A stretch of DNA of 63,447 bases, counting the filler, from Collodictyon triciliatum (Eukaryota), in NCBI GenBank assembly GCA_043381765.1. It is 41 parts of 41 records of this genome, joined end to end, with 100 filler letters (N's around TTAATTAATTAA, not from the genome) between each part and the next. Parts side by side here need not be neighbours in the genome. Positions count along the whole stretch, not along the records: positions 12,443 to 13,897 come from JBHJMP010011036.1; positions 13,998 to 15,451 come from JBHJMP010011037.1; positions 15,552 to 17,005 come from JBHJMP010011038.1; positions 17,106 to 18,564 come from JBHJMP010011039.1; positions 18,665 to 20,118 come from JBHJMP010011040.1; positions 20,219 to 21,671 come from JBHJMP010011041.1; positions 21,772 to 23,224 come from JBHJMP010011042.1; positions 23,325 to 24,777 come from JBHJMP010011043.1; 33 more parts are not named here. One strand, given 5' to 3'. Below the pieces are notes generated by a model, which made no database searches, was not told the DNA's origin, and saw nothing but the letters and a program-made list of their open reading frames with translations. A program made the position numbers and the translations under genes. Positions 12,498 to 25,203 of this stretch are shown piece after piece (position 1 is the first letter of the stretch; each line of letters starts with the position of its first letter).

Positions 12498-13853
12498 GTG
12501 TACTTGTGCAACTCATCATCGACTTGAGTTTGTGTGGGTAATGTCAAGCGTTTGCAATAAAGCTTTTTGATTGCAACTTGGAGACCCTTCCATTTTCCTC
12601 TCCAGATCTAAACGTGTCATGATTCAGTCAGAGTAACAAACACTTGTATTCACAAGATTCCATTTGGATGATTTATTTATATACCTCTCCTATGCCTCCA
12701 ATTCCTAATCGCTCCAAAATAACAACATTATTTGGGGACAATTCGCCATCATGTTCATCACAGTCTTCATCCTCTTGATTAGTTATTGAAGGATGATATT
12801 TTATTTCTATTGAACACATATAATTTCATAAACTTGTGCATCGATTTCGATAGCTAAAGAATGCCGTTAGTCTATTGTCGTATAAAAATTCGATGAAAGC
12901 TTTCAAACATACGTCTGTAATTATCTTTATTGCCACTCGGACTTGGGCATCTCTTGAGGACCTCGAGTTGGTTGCCAGGAATGTGTACCATTTGTCAAGA
13001 TATTGGATGCCAAGAAGGTCTGACGCAGGTACGATACATTCTCCAAGAATTTCTTCTCCATTTGACTACGGTTGCAAATGAATTAATTACGATTGTGTGC
13101 GACACCAATAATCGGTCCAGTTGAAATTTTAACAGATGCATACTACCTTCAACGAGTTGACCAACATCAATTGAAACCTCTCGTTTGAGTCCAGATTTTC
13201 ACTATGAAATTAATGTTTATATATAATAAAGCAAAATAGCAAAAATAAAAATAGATAGGCGATGATGTAATGAAATTACGCTCTTATTTTTCTCTGAAGG
13301 GAAATTCAAACCATTCGAAGGATTCGTTCCAGACTGGACGACGGTGCTCTTGGCTGACTGAAGTCTTGAATTCATATTGACCATGCTTTATTACAATCAT
13401 AGGGTCCAGGATGGCTACGATTGTTATAATTATTTTATTTTATTTAAAAAAAACCGGTAATGGTGGGGTTTAATATTCACAATTACCCAAATTAGATTTA
13501 CAACATGTCAGTGCCAATTATTGTCATGAACACTTTTTATTGTATGTTTTTTTAAAAAAAGATAAGATAAACAAAATAGCTACATATATGCAATTATAAT
13601 GTTTACATAGGAGTTACCTGAAACACCTGTGAGCTGAATGTTACGAGCTTCTATAACTATCATAGATATAAAGGGTTAGAGTCTTGAAGATTATGAAAAA
13701 AATATCATCAGGACATCACACTTGAAGTTTAGGATTATGAGTTCGATTAACTATCTTGATGTATCAATTGGAAGACTTACTTGATATGACTGTGTGCTTC
13801 CTTGGCGAGTTAAGGTCTCCCTTAGTGCTTGGTAGTCTGTTCAATATTGATGA
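12498..13853 (-). CDS. C2 domain + TKL-type protein kinase (internal fragment, about 8 exons)
   Basis: Spliced: TVISIIEARNIQLTGVSAILDPMIVIKHGQYEFKTSVSQEHRRPVWNESFE...EILGECIVPASDLLGIQYLDKWYTF...AQVRVAIKI (C2). This is followed by ELSPNNVVILERLGIGGIGE|IWRGKWKGLQVAIKKL (kinase subdomains I-II). Absent from the ORF track because the exons are short. Confidence 0.85.
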
Positions 13854-13997
13854 CTAGAGTAGAGAACGATTATCGATATTGCGTCACTTCTTATATANNN
13901 NNNNNNNNNNNNNNNNNNNNNNNNNNNNNNNNNNNNNNNNNTTAATTAATTAANNNNNNNNNNNNNNNNNNNNNNNNNNNNNNNNNNNNNNNNNNNN

Positions 13998-14079
13998 CCC
14001 AACTCCCAACTCCCAACTCCCAACTCCCAACTCCCAACTCCCAACTCCCAACTCCCAACTCCCAACTCCCAACTCCCAA
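13998..14079 (+). repeat. (CCCAACT)n heptamer tract, about 11.5 units, at contig start
   Basis: Perfect tandem repeat read directly; the reverse strand is (TTGGGAG)n. Confidence 0.95.
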
Positions 14080-15621
14080 ATCTCATAACCAAAAAAATAA
14101 ACAAAAAACAAACGGTATATATGAAGTCTATTTCACCGCTAGCACAAACCTGTCGACACGATCACAGAACCACTCAAGAACCAAAGCCAAAGACCAACAG
14201 AGCAGAGTCGTTGAATCCCTTTCGCGTGGACCCTCATTCTTTTTTTACCACGTAGCAACACACAAAAAATAACCACCGATCAACATAACGCCAATCAATC
14301 AGAAAAATCTAACATTAAAACATAGCCTTCCTTTCTTTTCTACGAAAAAAAGGTTTAAACCAAAGCAAGTCTATCACCGTTTCCAAATAGCCAAAAGTGT
14401 TAATCGAGAGCGGGGATGCCTATCAACTGCTGGCGAATAGCAGTAAAATGAAACACAAAATGAGCAAAAGAGGAGTCCTTTCAACAAAAATTTTTATGAT
14501 TAGCACTGGTCTTGCCCTGTATAATCCTTGGGTTACATGGTGTTGCGTACCAACCAAAAATCAAGACTATACAGGAAGCTCATTTACATATCCAGATAAC
14601 AATAAATTAAACTATTCCTCTGCCCTGCAGATGTTTTTGGGCCCTTTTCATTATAATAATAATTCGCAAGCCAAGGAGAGCTGGGATCTTCTGGATTTCC
14701 GGGCATTTCTATTGCAAAGCATTGTTAGCCGCGCACCCTCACAATCTGAAATACCCTTAATTCTGTTTTTTTTATCAAAACTTTAGCTGATTTATCATTT
14801 ATCTGTTATTAAGAGTTTTAAGTGAACTCTATTCCCATCTCATGCAGTTTGTGATGCTTTTCAAAAGTTACTGGGAGATTGAGTCTCTTGTTTCTCTGCT
14901 GCCCACATTAAAATCACTTCGAAGGATTTTCTACAGACGCAGACTTGAAGAATGTATCTTAGATATTGGATTTGCTTTCAGGTTGGTTGTTCATATGTTT
15001 GCTTTTCTCTCCTCAACCCGGCCTATTTAATGGGATTCGCATACTGGTGAAAAAAGTCAATTCCTCGTCCATATAATATAATTTCATTCAATTCTAGGGA
15101 AGGGAAGGGTTTTACAATTTTTATACAGCCCGCCGTAGTTTTTGTGTCTTGGTTGAGAGCAGTGGTCTATATCGGATAAGGGTTTAAGGCTAACAGCGCA
15201 CAGAATCTAGATTTTTGGCTCATCAATATGCACACGAGAGGGTCGAGAAAAATTACAACTCCTAGGAGGTGCGACTAACAGGGCCCTGACTTAGATTTGA
15301 TCGAAGGCCAAACCCCCCTGAAGACGAATGTCCGCACGACCACTCCTCCCTTCTCTAGTATCAGATTCCTTTGATTCGTTCATTCTATTCAACTCTAAAT
15401 TTCAATAACATAGACTAATATATGTCTAGTATTCAACAGATACCAAATAACNNNNNNNNNNNNNNNNNNNNNNNNNNNNNNNNNNNNNNNNNNNNTTAAT
15501 TAATTAANNNNNNNNNNNNNNNNNNNNNNNNNNNNNNNNNNNNNNNNNNNNAAAAAGAATCGATGTTGTAAACCTTTTTTTTTTTTTTTAGTAAAAATAA
15601 GCAATTTTTTTTCTTGCATAC

Positions 15622-16716
15622 TTCCAGCTCTGTAGCGCTGGCCTCTGAATAATCGTTCACCCACGGAAAATCAGTCTCTATGTCACTATTCCATTGTCTT
15701 GAATCGTTTCTACTTGGAATCCATCCATACCTGCAGATGAAATTTAGTATACAATAAGAACGCACCCAAAACCGTTACAATTATAAAAATGAGATCTAAA
15801 ACCATCATCTTTTAACCTGGAACCCAAGAAGCAAACAAAATATTTTGAGTTTTTAACACCTTCAAGACATTTTTGCATCGTCTGTGAAACAATTTTTGTT
15901 GATGAGTAAGCACGGATAAAACTTAAGTCATAGTAAGGGTTGGTTTGTGATTAATATTTAGCGAATTTGTGTAGGCAACAATATTACTTTTCCATTTTCC
16001 GATTCTTCAACCGAAACACCCCATCTTAAATCGATGAATCTAACACGAACACCGAGCTTCTCACCCTCAATTATTATGCTAGTTTTGATTTTTTTTCATC
16101 AGGTTCAAGTTTAAAGACATGGCAATACTTTGTTGGATAGATTGGTTTAAGGCTTACCTTGGCTTAGCATATCTAACAAAGTCCTCCCGAAGCTTTCTCA
16201 TATCCTGAAAAGTTGACGAGAGGAAAATGTGTATCTCCCTTTTTTCGAATTCAATTCTTCCTCTCTCGCCAAGCACTGTCCCAGAATATTTGAGGCGCAA
16301 AGCGATAATGGGAAGCTTAAGTCTCATATATTCAGCTTGTTTAATTTCATGTGCACCGGAACTGCATTTGGCACTGAGATGAAATGGACTCCATCCACCC
16401 AGATGCGAATGATTTTCGCGATTAGGAGATGCATTGTCTGTGCCTTGGGTCAACAATACTCCAGATTCAACTGTCGTTGTATATTTGGGCATCAGTAATG
16501 AGACATGCTCTGTAATTCCCTTGCCACTTTGAAACTCTTTGATGCATATGGAGCACATTACGCCTTCCAACTTGACATTCATCCTAACTTTGGATTTTAT
16601 TAATTGATTGACAATGTAGTTGGTGGCATCAATCGTGCAACAGTTTTCTTTCATAGTTTTCACTATGACGATAATCTTTCGGGTACTCGGCAACCTGATG
16701 TATTTTGGTTGCCCAT
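15622..16716 (-). CDS. DUF4062-domain protein (TEP1/NPHP3/NWD-like STAND NTPase N-terminus), 5' part
   Basis: Spliced: EIHIFLSSTFQDMRKLREDFVRYAKP|..GEKLGVRVRFIDLRWGVSVEESENGK|TMQKCLEGVKNSKYFVCFLGSR|YGWIPS...FPWVNDYSEASATELE. The FxSSTFxDM, DLRWG, RYGW and SxTExE motifs are diagnostic. Probable start is MGNQNTS at 16716. Confidence 0.88.
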
Positions 16717-17113
16717 TTTCCTAAAGAAAAATCGAACTGTTAAGTATTTTGCTAAGAAAATACAAGTTAAATAATTGATGGAATATTTTCGCAATATAGG
16801 CAAAGAGTCGTACCTGACGCTCGTGCATAGGCAAAAAGTGGATGAAGGCAGTAAAATCATTACTGTAATTGTTCTCCTTCATCACTGGTCTGCCATTTCG
16901 GTCAATAGTCAACGAAAATGGAAATATTAACCGCTGCTTACTCAGAAACAAGCATTGTGGCAAAGTACCAGACGTGATATTAAGCTTTGCCACAATGTCA
17001 CCAATNNNNNNNNNNNNNNNNNNNNNNNNNNNNNNNNNNNNNNNNNNNNTTAATTAATTAANNNNNNNNNNNNNNNNNNNNNNNNNNNNNNNNNNNNNNN
17101 NNNNNCACTCTCA

Positions 17114-17209
<96 letters not shown>

Positions 17210-18844
17210 CTCTCTCACTCTCACTCTCACTCTCACTCACTCTCTCACTCTCCCAACCAACCAACCCACCAATCCACCAATTCATCAACCAACCAACCAA
17301 GGACACGATTACACCGACATTAAAAAAAATAATAAAGAAATGAATAAAACTGCGTCCGTACTGATTTCATCCTTGCCATCCATCATCCGAGCGAAGTTAT
17401 TCACACGTTTATTTCCGCGTCTACCGTCGATTTAGTTGTTTGATTGCATACTAAACTTGATGGTGGCTTTTTTCTCCGACACGCACGAATAGGTCAGGAC
17501 GAATCACTTGAGTTTGAGGTATGATTATTCATTAAAAAAAAAAAGTCCGCCTTATCTCCACATGGTTCGCTGGTGGGTGTATTCCCGCATGTTTTCTAGT
17601 CTCTATTCTTTTTAAATTAACTAATTGCTATTAAGACTGAAATTGTTATTTTCTGGCAGAAATTTCAATATTCATGTCTATGCTGATAAGAATACTGGCA
17701 GGTCTCTGTCAGCGATTTTCTTTTCGATTATTATTGAGACGAGTTTATGTGGGATGCTTTCGAATTTGTAAGATGAAACAAGCTGTTCTTCCAAAAGCGA
17801 GCTTTTTTGCTTCTTCTTTCGTTGGCCATTCACCGGAGCAGTTTCTGGGAATGTTTTTTTTTTTCTTGCTTCGATTTGTGGGATTGAAACTCAAGTGTTA
17901 CTCTCTCTCATCTCACTTCTCTTTGTTCTGTTGTGCTATATTTGAGCATTCTGTTATAATAGTTCTTTTTTTTTTTTTTCAGGATAGGTCGTGGCTGCTT
18001 GATGCATGATGATGGGATGCTGGATTATCCTCAGGCCAAGTGGTCGGGTTTATGATTATTTTCTTTATCAAGGAAGATTAGCATTTTCCCGTTGTTTGTC
18101 AAAATAAAATGTGTGTAGGACCGAAGGAATAATAGGTAGTCTTTCATCCCACACTAAATCCGATTTTGGCATCTACCGCTTTTTTCTCGATTGGTGTAAC
18201 TTTTGTGTGTTGTCGCTTCCAAAGCACGTTCTCTCTCGTCTAATAAATATCTTCGTTAGTGTCCATCCCTTGGATTCGTCGTTGCCCTTATGGAAAAAAA
18301 AATAGTCTGTGTTAGTCTTTACATAAAGTGCAAGTTTGGCCATTGCCGTCTAAGAATATATGTTTAAGAATATAAGTTTGATGAACATGTTTTAATTCGT
18401 ATGAAGGCATCTTGTGTATCTTTTATTTTATTTTCAGTTTCCGTGCATGTATGTCTGGCTTTGTTACTTTGCAGATAGCCAGGTACATGTGCCCTATCTT
18501 CACCATTTTTTTTTTATTCTTCCTTTCAACTTTTGTGCAGGACCGAGGGGGGGGGGGGGGGGGGNNNNNNNNNNNNNNNNNNNNNNNNNNNNNNNNNNNN
18601 NNNNNNNNTTAATTAATTAANNNNNNNNNNNNNNNNNNNNNNNNNNNNNNNNNNNNNNNNNNNNTATCGTTCAGTTGTTTTCGAGTATATTTTATTTAGT
18701 GGGAAATGGCATAGCAAGTAAAATGATATCAATATGGCAGAAACTCTATGGATTAGCTTAAAAAAGAGAATTGCACGTCTGTAGCATAAAAAATTGTGTC
18801 GATACAGAGAGATAGCTCTAAAAATAGGGACAAATTATATGAAC

Positions 18845-19893
18845 CTTTGATTTCACTACCGGTTAGGTAGGAGGCAATCTCAAGAGACTGACTGCTTTTG
18901 GATGTGAAAGAGGCTGGATAGTCTGTGCGACACGAGTGGAGAGCTTGTGAATGATGAATCCAGTCAATTTTTCCTATTTGTTTCAAATCCCCACAAAGAA
19001 CAGACTGCTGGGAGAAAGACAGAGAAAAGAATCCGATGGCCATCTGTCGAGAAAAGTTGCCCATGATACTGCTCGGATTCAGCTGTGTGTGATTCACAAG
19101 ATTGGGCGCTGAAGCGTCGGTTCGAATCAACCGAGCGATGACTTGAAAATCAACATATATATTCTATTTAGATACTAAAGATTCCAAATTGAAGAAGGCA
19201 ACTAGGTGACTTTTGAGACCGCGAAAGTTGGTGACGATGAATGGTATATCTTGAGGGATGGGGATTCAAAAGGGTCTAACTGACCTGAAAAAAACTCGTA
19301 GAATGATTGGACATTTTCAGATATATCTCGAATCTGTAAAAATAAAAATGGTTCATACCAGAAATATAATAAAACGATGTGAAATTACAATGTGAGAACA
19401 ACGAGATATAATATGGAACGAGAAAAATAAATATTTTATTTCATTAACTAGAAATGACCAATTTTACCATCGTTTCTATTAATTAAAATAAAAAAAAACA
19501 CTCAGTTGCAATCAAAATATGCGTGATCTTCCCGACGCGATATAATAGTTCTTGACTTTTCTAAGTACCTTTTTGATGATATTGAAAACACCTTCCTCGC
19601 TCTCCATCATACACTCGGACATAATCTTGGGCACAGTCCTCTCTGTTTCCTACATGAATCAAAGAGTCGAATTGAGTAATCTGCTTACGTGAAATCAATA
19701 AACAAAAAAAAAAAAGTACTTGTATGAACCAATTAAATCATCTTTGGGGCATTATACGAACCTGGAGCAAATGGACAACAAATATTGCCGAGTAGTCTGC
19801 TCCTTTTACTCGAGTGGCGTTTTCGAGAACAGCCAATAAAAGAATGCCTGGAGCATCGACTTCGCGTCTCAAGAATCGAATCGAATCGTCCAC
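18845..19893 (-). CDS. Hypothetical multi-exon protein fragment
   Basis: Phase-0 exons VDDSIRFLRREVDAPGILLLAVLENATRVKGADYSAIFVVHLLQ|ETERTVPKIMSECMMESEEGVFNIIKK, plus a downstream open block (ORF 18753-19130). No family recognised. Confidence 0.4.
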
Positions 19894-21771
19894 CTAATAC
19901 AATACTATTGAGTCGATGTTTCACTCTGAGACCGAAGAAAGAGTGTACATTAATTGAGAAACTGTGCGATAAAAAAGAAAGTATATAAAAAAAGGAATGA
20001 GTAAAACGCGGTTGTTTGTTTGTTTGTTTGTTTGTTTGTTTGTTTGTTTGTTTGTTTGTTTGTTTGTTTGTTTGTTTGTTTGTTTGTTTGTTTGTTTGTT
20101 TGTTTGTTTGTTTGTTTGNNNNNNNNNNNNNNNNNNNNNNNNNNNNNNNNNNNNNNNNNNNNTTAATTAATTAANNNNNNNNNNNNNNNNNNNNNNNNNN
20201 NNNNNNNNNNNNNNNNNNTTTTTTTTTTTGTTTTTTTTTTGTTTTTTTATTGTTTTTTTATTGTTTTTTTATTGTTTTTTTATTGTTTTTTTTATTGTTT
20301 TTTATTGTTTTTGACTGTTTTTTCTTTTGTTTTGACTCTTTCGTGCGATTCAGATTGCGTTTTAATCAAAACTCCAACTTTGTTAACAAGTTGGTTAGTG
20401 TGTCTATATCTGGAGATTATATACTTTTATGTATTTTCCCATAAAATGAAATAAATATCGCATCAAATACCGAATTTTGATGTTTTGTAGTGCCATAGTT
20501 GTTGAATGTATAGTAGCAGCAGTAAAGAACTGAGCTTTGACCGAAACGAGGGTACAGTCCTCTGTCTCATGTATCAACCATTATCGACGATGCACATTCA
20601 AAGTCATACAGAACGAGTAAGCCGATTGATGTTCTGCTTCGTCATGTAATATCCATAGGGTATGTCGACTTCGATGTGATGATTATTTAAGAGTCAAGAA
20701 AGATTAGCCGGGGTTGAGACAGTTGGGTGAATTATGAATAGGAATTGGACAAAATCTCCAATCTACTTTCTGCCTTTTAGACATTAATTGCTCCTTTTTC
20801 TTATGAGCTCGCCATCATTAATAAACTAATCGATGGAAAATCGACATATCCGTTTGTAAACTTGACGATAAAACTATTATGCATACCCCGGCTTCGAGCT
20901 TGGGAAATCATCCATTCCACAAAAAAACACGGCCTTAGGTGGATGAAATAATACCATGCTAGTTTAATTGGATTTACAGTGCAATATTTTTATTTTCTTT
21001 TTATCTTCTTAGATATTGTCTATTATTGCATGATTTTTTGTGTATGTTTGAGTTTGAGTTTTGGTTCAATACGCAACAGAGAAAAAATACTTTTCGTTTG
21101 TTTTCCTATTCACTTTGTAACCGTTTTTGTAGCTCCGTCATGCGCAAGAATGATTTTATGATTATCTTGTTACATAGCAATCGCAACTTACCATTTAACA
21201 ACAAACCATCGCTCAGATGGAAAAAGGTGATAGTTAATTGGTGCATGTTTGCTCAGATATCTAACGAGTGCATCAGCTAGGTAGTTGACGCTGCATCGCA
21301 TTCCTTTGCTCGGTTCCCCATTGAAGCCCTCTATCCTCATTCATCATTCAACAGCGACTCTAATGAGCAGCATTTACCTTCCATTCATTCGGCTGCTAGA
21401 CACACAAATATGAGTTTGTCTCTTTATCGCTCAAAACGAATGAATCCTGTTGCGTGTTCACTTTCTCTTCCTGTCGGTCGTGTGTTTCCTGCCGAGCTCT
21501 GCAATCTTTCATCCCTATAAACTTTGAAAAGGCGCATTCCTTTGGTCTGGTATTCCAACTCCAACAGTCAACGACACTGGATTTGTGAAGTCGTCGTCCC
21601 TAACAATATGGTTATGAGAAGAGAACAATACGCTTTCACATTCGGTTTTTTCGTGCTGTTGCTTCTTCGCTNNNNNNNNNNNNNNNNNNNNNNNNNNNNN
21701 NNNNNNNNNNNNNNNTTAATTAATTAANNNNNNNNNNNNNNNNNNNNNNNNNNNNNNNNNNNNNNNNNNNN

Positions 21772-21842
<71 letters not shown>

Positions 21843-21860
21843 AAAAAAAAGAAAGAAGGA

Positions 21861-21943
<83 letters not shown>

Positions 21944-22109
21944 GAAAACCGAAAGGAAAACCGAAAGGAAAAAGGAAAACCGAAAGGAAAAGGAAAAAAG
22001 AAAGAAACAAACAAACAAACAAAATGAAAATGAAAATGAAAATCGGAACACATCATGACATTGCAATGATAATTAAAAAAAAAGTAAATATCGAGAAGAG
22101 AATATGAAT

Positions 22110-23045
22110 CTATGAGACAGGAACCTCGAGGTCTCTTGACGGCATAGCCAGATACTGAACATCAACCGCATCTACACCGTTTCCTGATACAGCTTCATCT
22201 GCGGTAGAAAAAGCGTGACAGAGAGATGATGCCACAGGACGCAACTCTGGAGCGACCGGATCACCAGGATTCAAGACCACACTGCAGACTGCACTTTTGA
22301 CATGCTGAGCCGCAGGACTCTGCACATCGCGCGAATTCTTTGTGCAGCCTGCAGGGCGTTCAGGAGAAAGGAAAAGAATGTTGTGGATGACATCGGCCGA
22401 AAACAGCGCAGATGCGAGTGCCTCTGAAAAAGCGTCTTCGGCAGCGCCCTTTTTGGCTGTCGGCGTCAATGGAGACAGCGGCGGATGCGGATGGGAATGT
22501 ACATGCGAATGCGATTTTTGTGTGGGTATTGCTTCGTATACGTCTATCAAGGCCGGCGGCACTCTTTTCTCGCGTGTCGGTGTTCTTGGGCCGGGTGTTG
22601 ATTCGCAAAGCGCAGATGTGAGTCCTGCAGTTTGCATGAGCCCAGTGCAGAAATCCAGTTCGGCCTGTGTGCTCTGGGACAAAAGCATAGCTTTGGCGAT
22701 GCTGGTCTTTGAATCGTTGAGCGTGGTTTCTGTTGTTGTCATGGCGGGCGATATCGTTGTTTCGATGGTTGTGGCTGATGTTGGGTTTGGGGAAAGCGGT
22801 GCAGCTGTGAAGGTGAGTTGGATTTTTTTTAAAAGTTGGGTTTTGATTTGAGGTCTTTTTTTTTTATTGTTCATTTTTTTTTTGTTTTTTAGGCTTTTCT
22901 TTATGAGTTTTTTTATTCGTATATGTCCAATTTGGAGAGGAAAAACGAAAGGTACCGATTTCCATGGTGGCGAAGCGGCCGAGGAAAAGTGTAGAATCGA
23001 CCTTGTCAGTAGGATTCTGGAATATGCAAGTCGCTTTGCAGTCTT
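22110..23045 (-). CDS. Hypothetical protein, last two exons (Ser/Thr/Pro/Ala-rich)
   Basis: The exon DCKATCIFQNPTDKVDSTLFLGRFATMEI joins in phase 1 to a GC-rich ~230-codon terminal exon that ends at TAG 22110. Confidence 0.5.
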   Translation of the reverse strand, partial: KTAKRLAYSRILLTRSILHFSSAASPPWKSVPFVFPLQIGHIRIKKLIKKSLKNKKKMNNKKKRPQIKTQLLKKIQLTFTAAPLSPNPTSATTIETTISPAMTTTETTLNDSKTSIAKAMLLSQSTQAELDFCTGLMQTAGLTSALCESTPGPRTPTREKRVPPALIDVYEAIPTQKSHSHVHSHPHPPLSPLTPTAKKGAAEDAFSEALASALFSADVIHNILFLSPERPAGCTKNSRDVQSPAAQHVKSAVCSVVLNPGDPVAPELRPVASSLCHAFSTADEAVSGNGVDAVDVQYLAMPSRDLEVPVS

Positions 23046-23903
23046 CTACAGATCGTGCAAGAAAAGTTGGATTAATGATTTATATTTATTTTTATTGTCT
23101 GCCAGTCGCACTGTTGCAACAAAGGTGTTTTCTTTTCTTTTCTTTTCTTTTCTTTTCTTTTCTTTTCTTTTCTTTTCTTTTCTTTTCTTTTCTTTTCTTT
23201 TCTTTTCTTTTCTTTTCTTTTCTTNNNNNNNNNNNNNNNNNNNNNNNNNNNNNNNNNNNNNNNNNNNNTTAATTAATTAANNNNNNNNNNNNNNNNNNNN
23301 NNNNNNNNNNNNNNNNNNNNNNNNGGGGGGGGGGGGGGGGGGGTTGTTTGGGGAAAAGAGTTTTCTGGGGGTTCTGGGTGGTTGTCTTGTGTCTTTTTTC
23401 ACTCTAGGTAAGAGCCCGATCACCATCTTATAGCAACCAGTAAAAACCAATATGATAGCTTCAGCTAATTCCTTCCCCTTTTCTTGCAAGGATTCGGTAA
23501 CAGATACTTCTGACGGGGAAAAAGGGGCAGAAGCTCAAAGTAATTAAAGGAGGGGGGGGGGGGACATTGATTTGACTTAGATAATTCGGCCAATCGCTCC
23601 CATAGTTTTTCACGAAGAGAAAGTTATCAGCCTCTGATAGGGAAAAATCCCTTGACTGGACGATCTTCTTTTAGATAAGAGAAAAACGGAATGAAAAAAA
23701 GGATTAAAGGTTAAAAAAGGGAGAGTTTTTGGTAAAGAGGGGCGTAATCAATTATGAGTTTTTTTTTGGGAGGAGAGAAAAGTAAGAGTGGCCTGTAGTT
23801 TCATCGATCGTTTTGGCGTTTGGTTGATAAAGGTGCATCGTTGGCTCTCTTTTCTCCTTACAAAACCTAATTATTATTACTATTCCTGTTTGCTTCATCT
23901 GGG

Positions 23904-24137
23904 CTAGTCTCTATCGTCTTTCGCAGGCGTTTTTGACCCACTTTTAGTCAGGTGGTACTTCGGAGGTTTTATGCAAAGGAAGCCTAAACCCCTCGTCCGG
24001 TGTTGGTGGCTGCTTGTGGATGTTTGATTTGCACAGGCGCAGTTCTTTGGAGGCCAGGCGATTCGGTAGGATTCTGCCCCATGTTTGAGGTCTTTATTCT
24101 TCCATGTAAGACCCTTTATATGTATAATTTTCTGCAT
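23904..24137 (-). mobile_element. Possible decayed L1/Tx1 ORF2 fragment (post-RT region)
   Basis: QKII...LTWKNK...RIAW....C.....RGLGFLCIK followed by a frameshifted KWVK resembles the F.W.gK..[KR][IV]AW..lc.pk..GGLG..l......l.KW motif downstream of non-LTR RTs. Confidence 0.35.
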
Positions 24138-25203
24138 AGTTTAATTAGGATCAAGTTCTGAACAATTCATTAAAAGAAGTATTTATTTGGATTCATATCC
24201 GTTGAATGATACAAATAAAGTGTCTTTGCTTCTGCAAAATTTTTACCATATGCTAAATACAGAACTCTCGCAAATTTATCGTGTATATAAAATTGATAAT
24301 AATTATATTATTTATTCAGTTGCTGATACTTTATGAGTAAATGCTGAACATTATAAAATTTATATTATGAATTCCACAAATGATCTTGCTTTATTCGTAT
24401 CTGTGTTGGGCTAAGTCTGAAACGGTGTGAATGGCTTCAACTTTTTTTTTTTATTCTAAAAAGTCTTAGCTGTTGAGCCCGTCTCAACAATCCTTCATTC
24501 AACCATCAGGCAAGTAGTTCCAAAGGAGGTGGTGATGTGTGGGAGATAGAAAAAAGAAAAACAGGGATAAAGGGATAAAGATAAAAAAAAAAGGGAAAAG
24601 AGATGTCCTTGAGGCTTGATAAGAGACGCATGGATTTCTTTTGGGGACGCGTGATAGCGTCCCACGAGTATGGGAAAAAAAGGGACGGGTGATATTGATT
24701 GGATGGAGGAGGGGGAATACTGCTTTGATGGCGCAAGGTGTCGAAAAGGATGGTGAAAAGAGAAGTGAGGTTCATTTNNNNNNNNNNNNNNNNNNNNNNN
24801 NNNNNNNNNNNNNNNNNNNNNTTAATTAATTAANNNNNNNNNNNNNNNNNNNNNNNNNNNNNNNNNNNNNNNNNNNNATAATAATAACAATAATAATAAC
24901 AATAATAATAACAATAATAATAACAATAATAATAACAATAATAATAACAATAATAATAACAATAATAATAACAATAAAAATAATCTAGTTTTTCCTATTT
25001 TTTTTGATACCATGTTTTTTTCAACTTAAAATGCTATCGCAGGGAATGATGACATTTGCATTCTGTAATCTATCACTCTCTTCCACTTATACCTTAAAAT
25101 ATATCTTATCACGGATACGGATGAAACTATGTGAAACAATTGAATTCCTTTAAATACATAAAAGATGGTAGCTTTAGCAAATTACTTATTTATATTCAAC
25201 AAG

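Noticed and set aside
20450-21671. Coding-like patches in this contig and in 14100-15451, 17400-18140, 46600-47900 and 54740-55000
   Set aside because: No consistent spliced model or recognisable motif, so they are left uncalled.
21716-22066. Poly-F/L/I/K/E ORFs here and at 3061, 4436, 24822, 29253, 38786, 41374-41822, 54025, 55789 etc.
   Set aside because: They are translations of microsatellites, usually running into N spacers.
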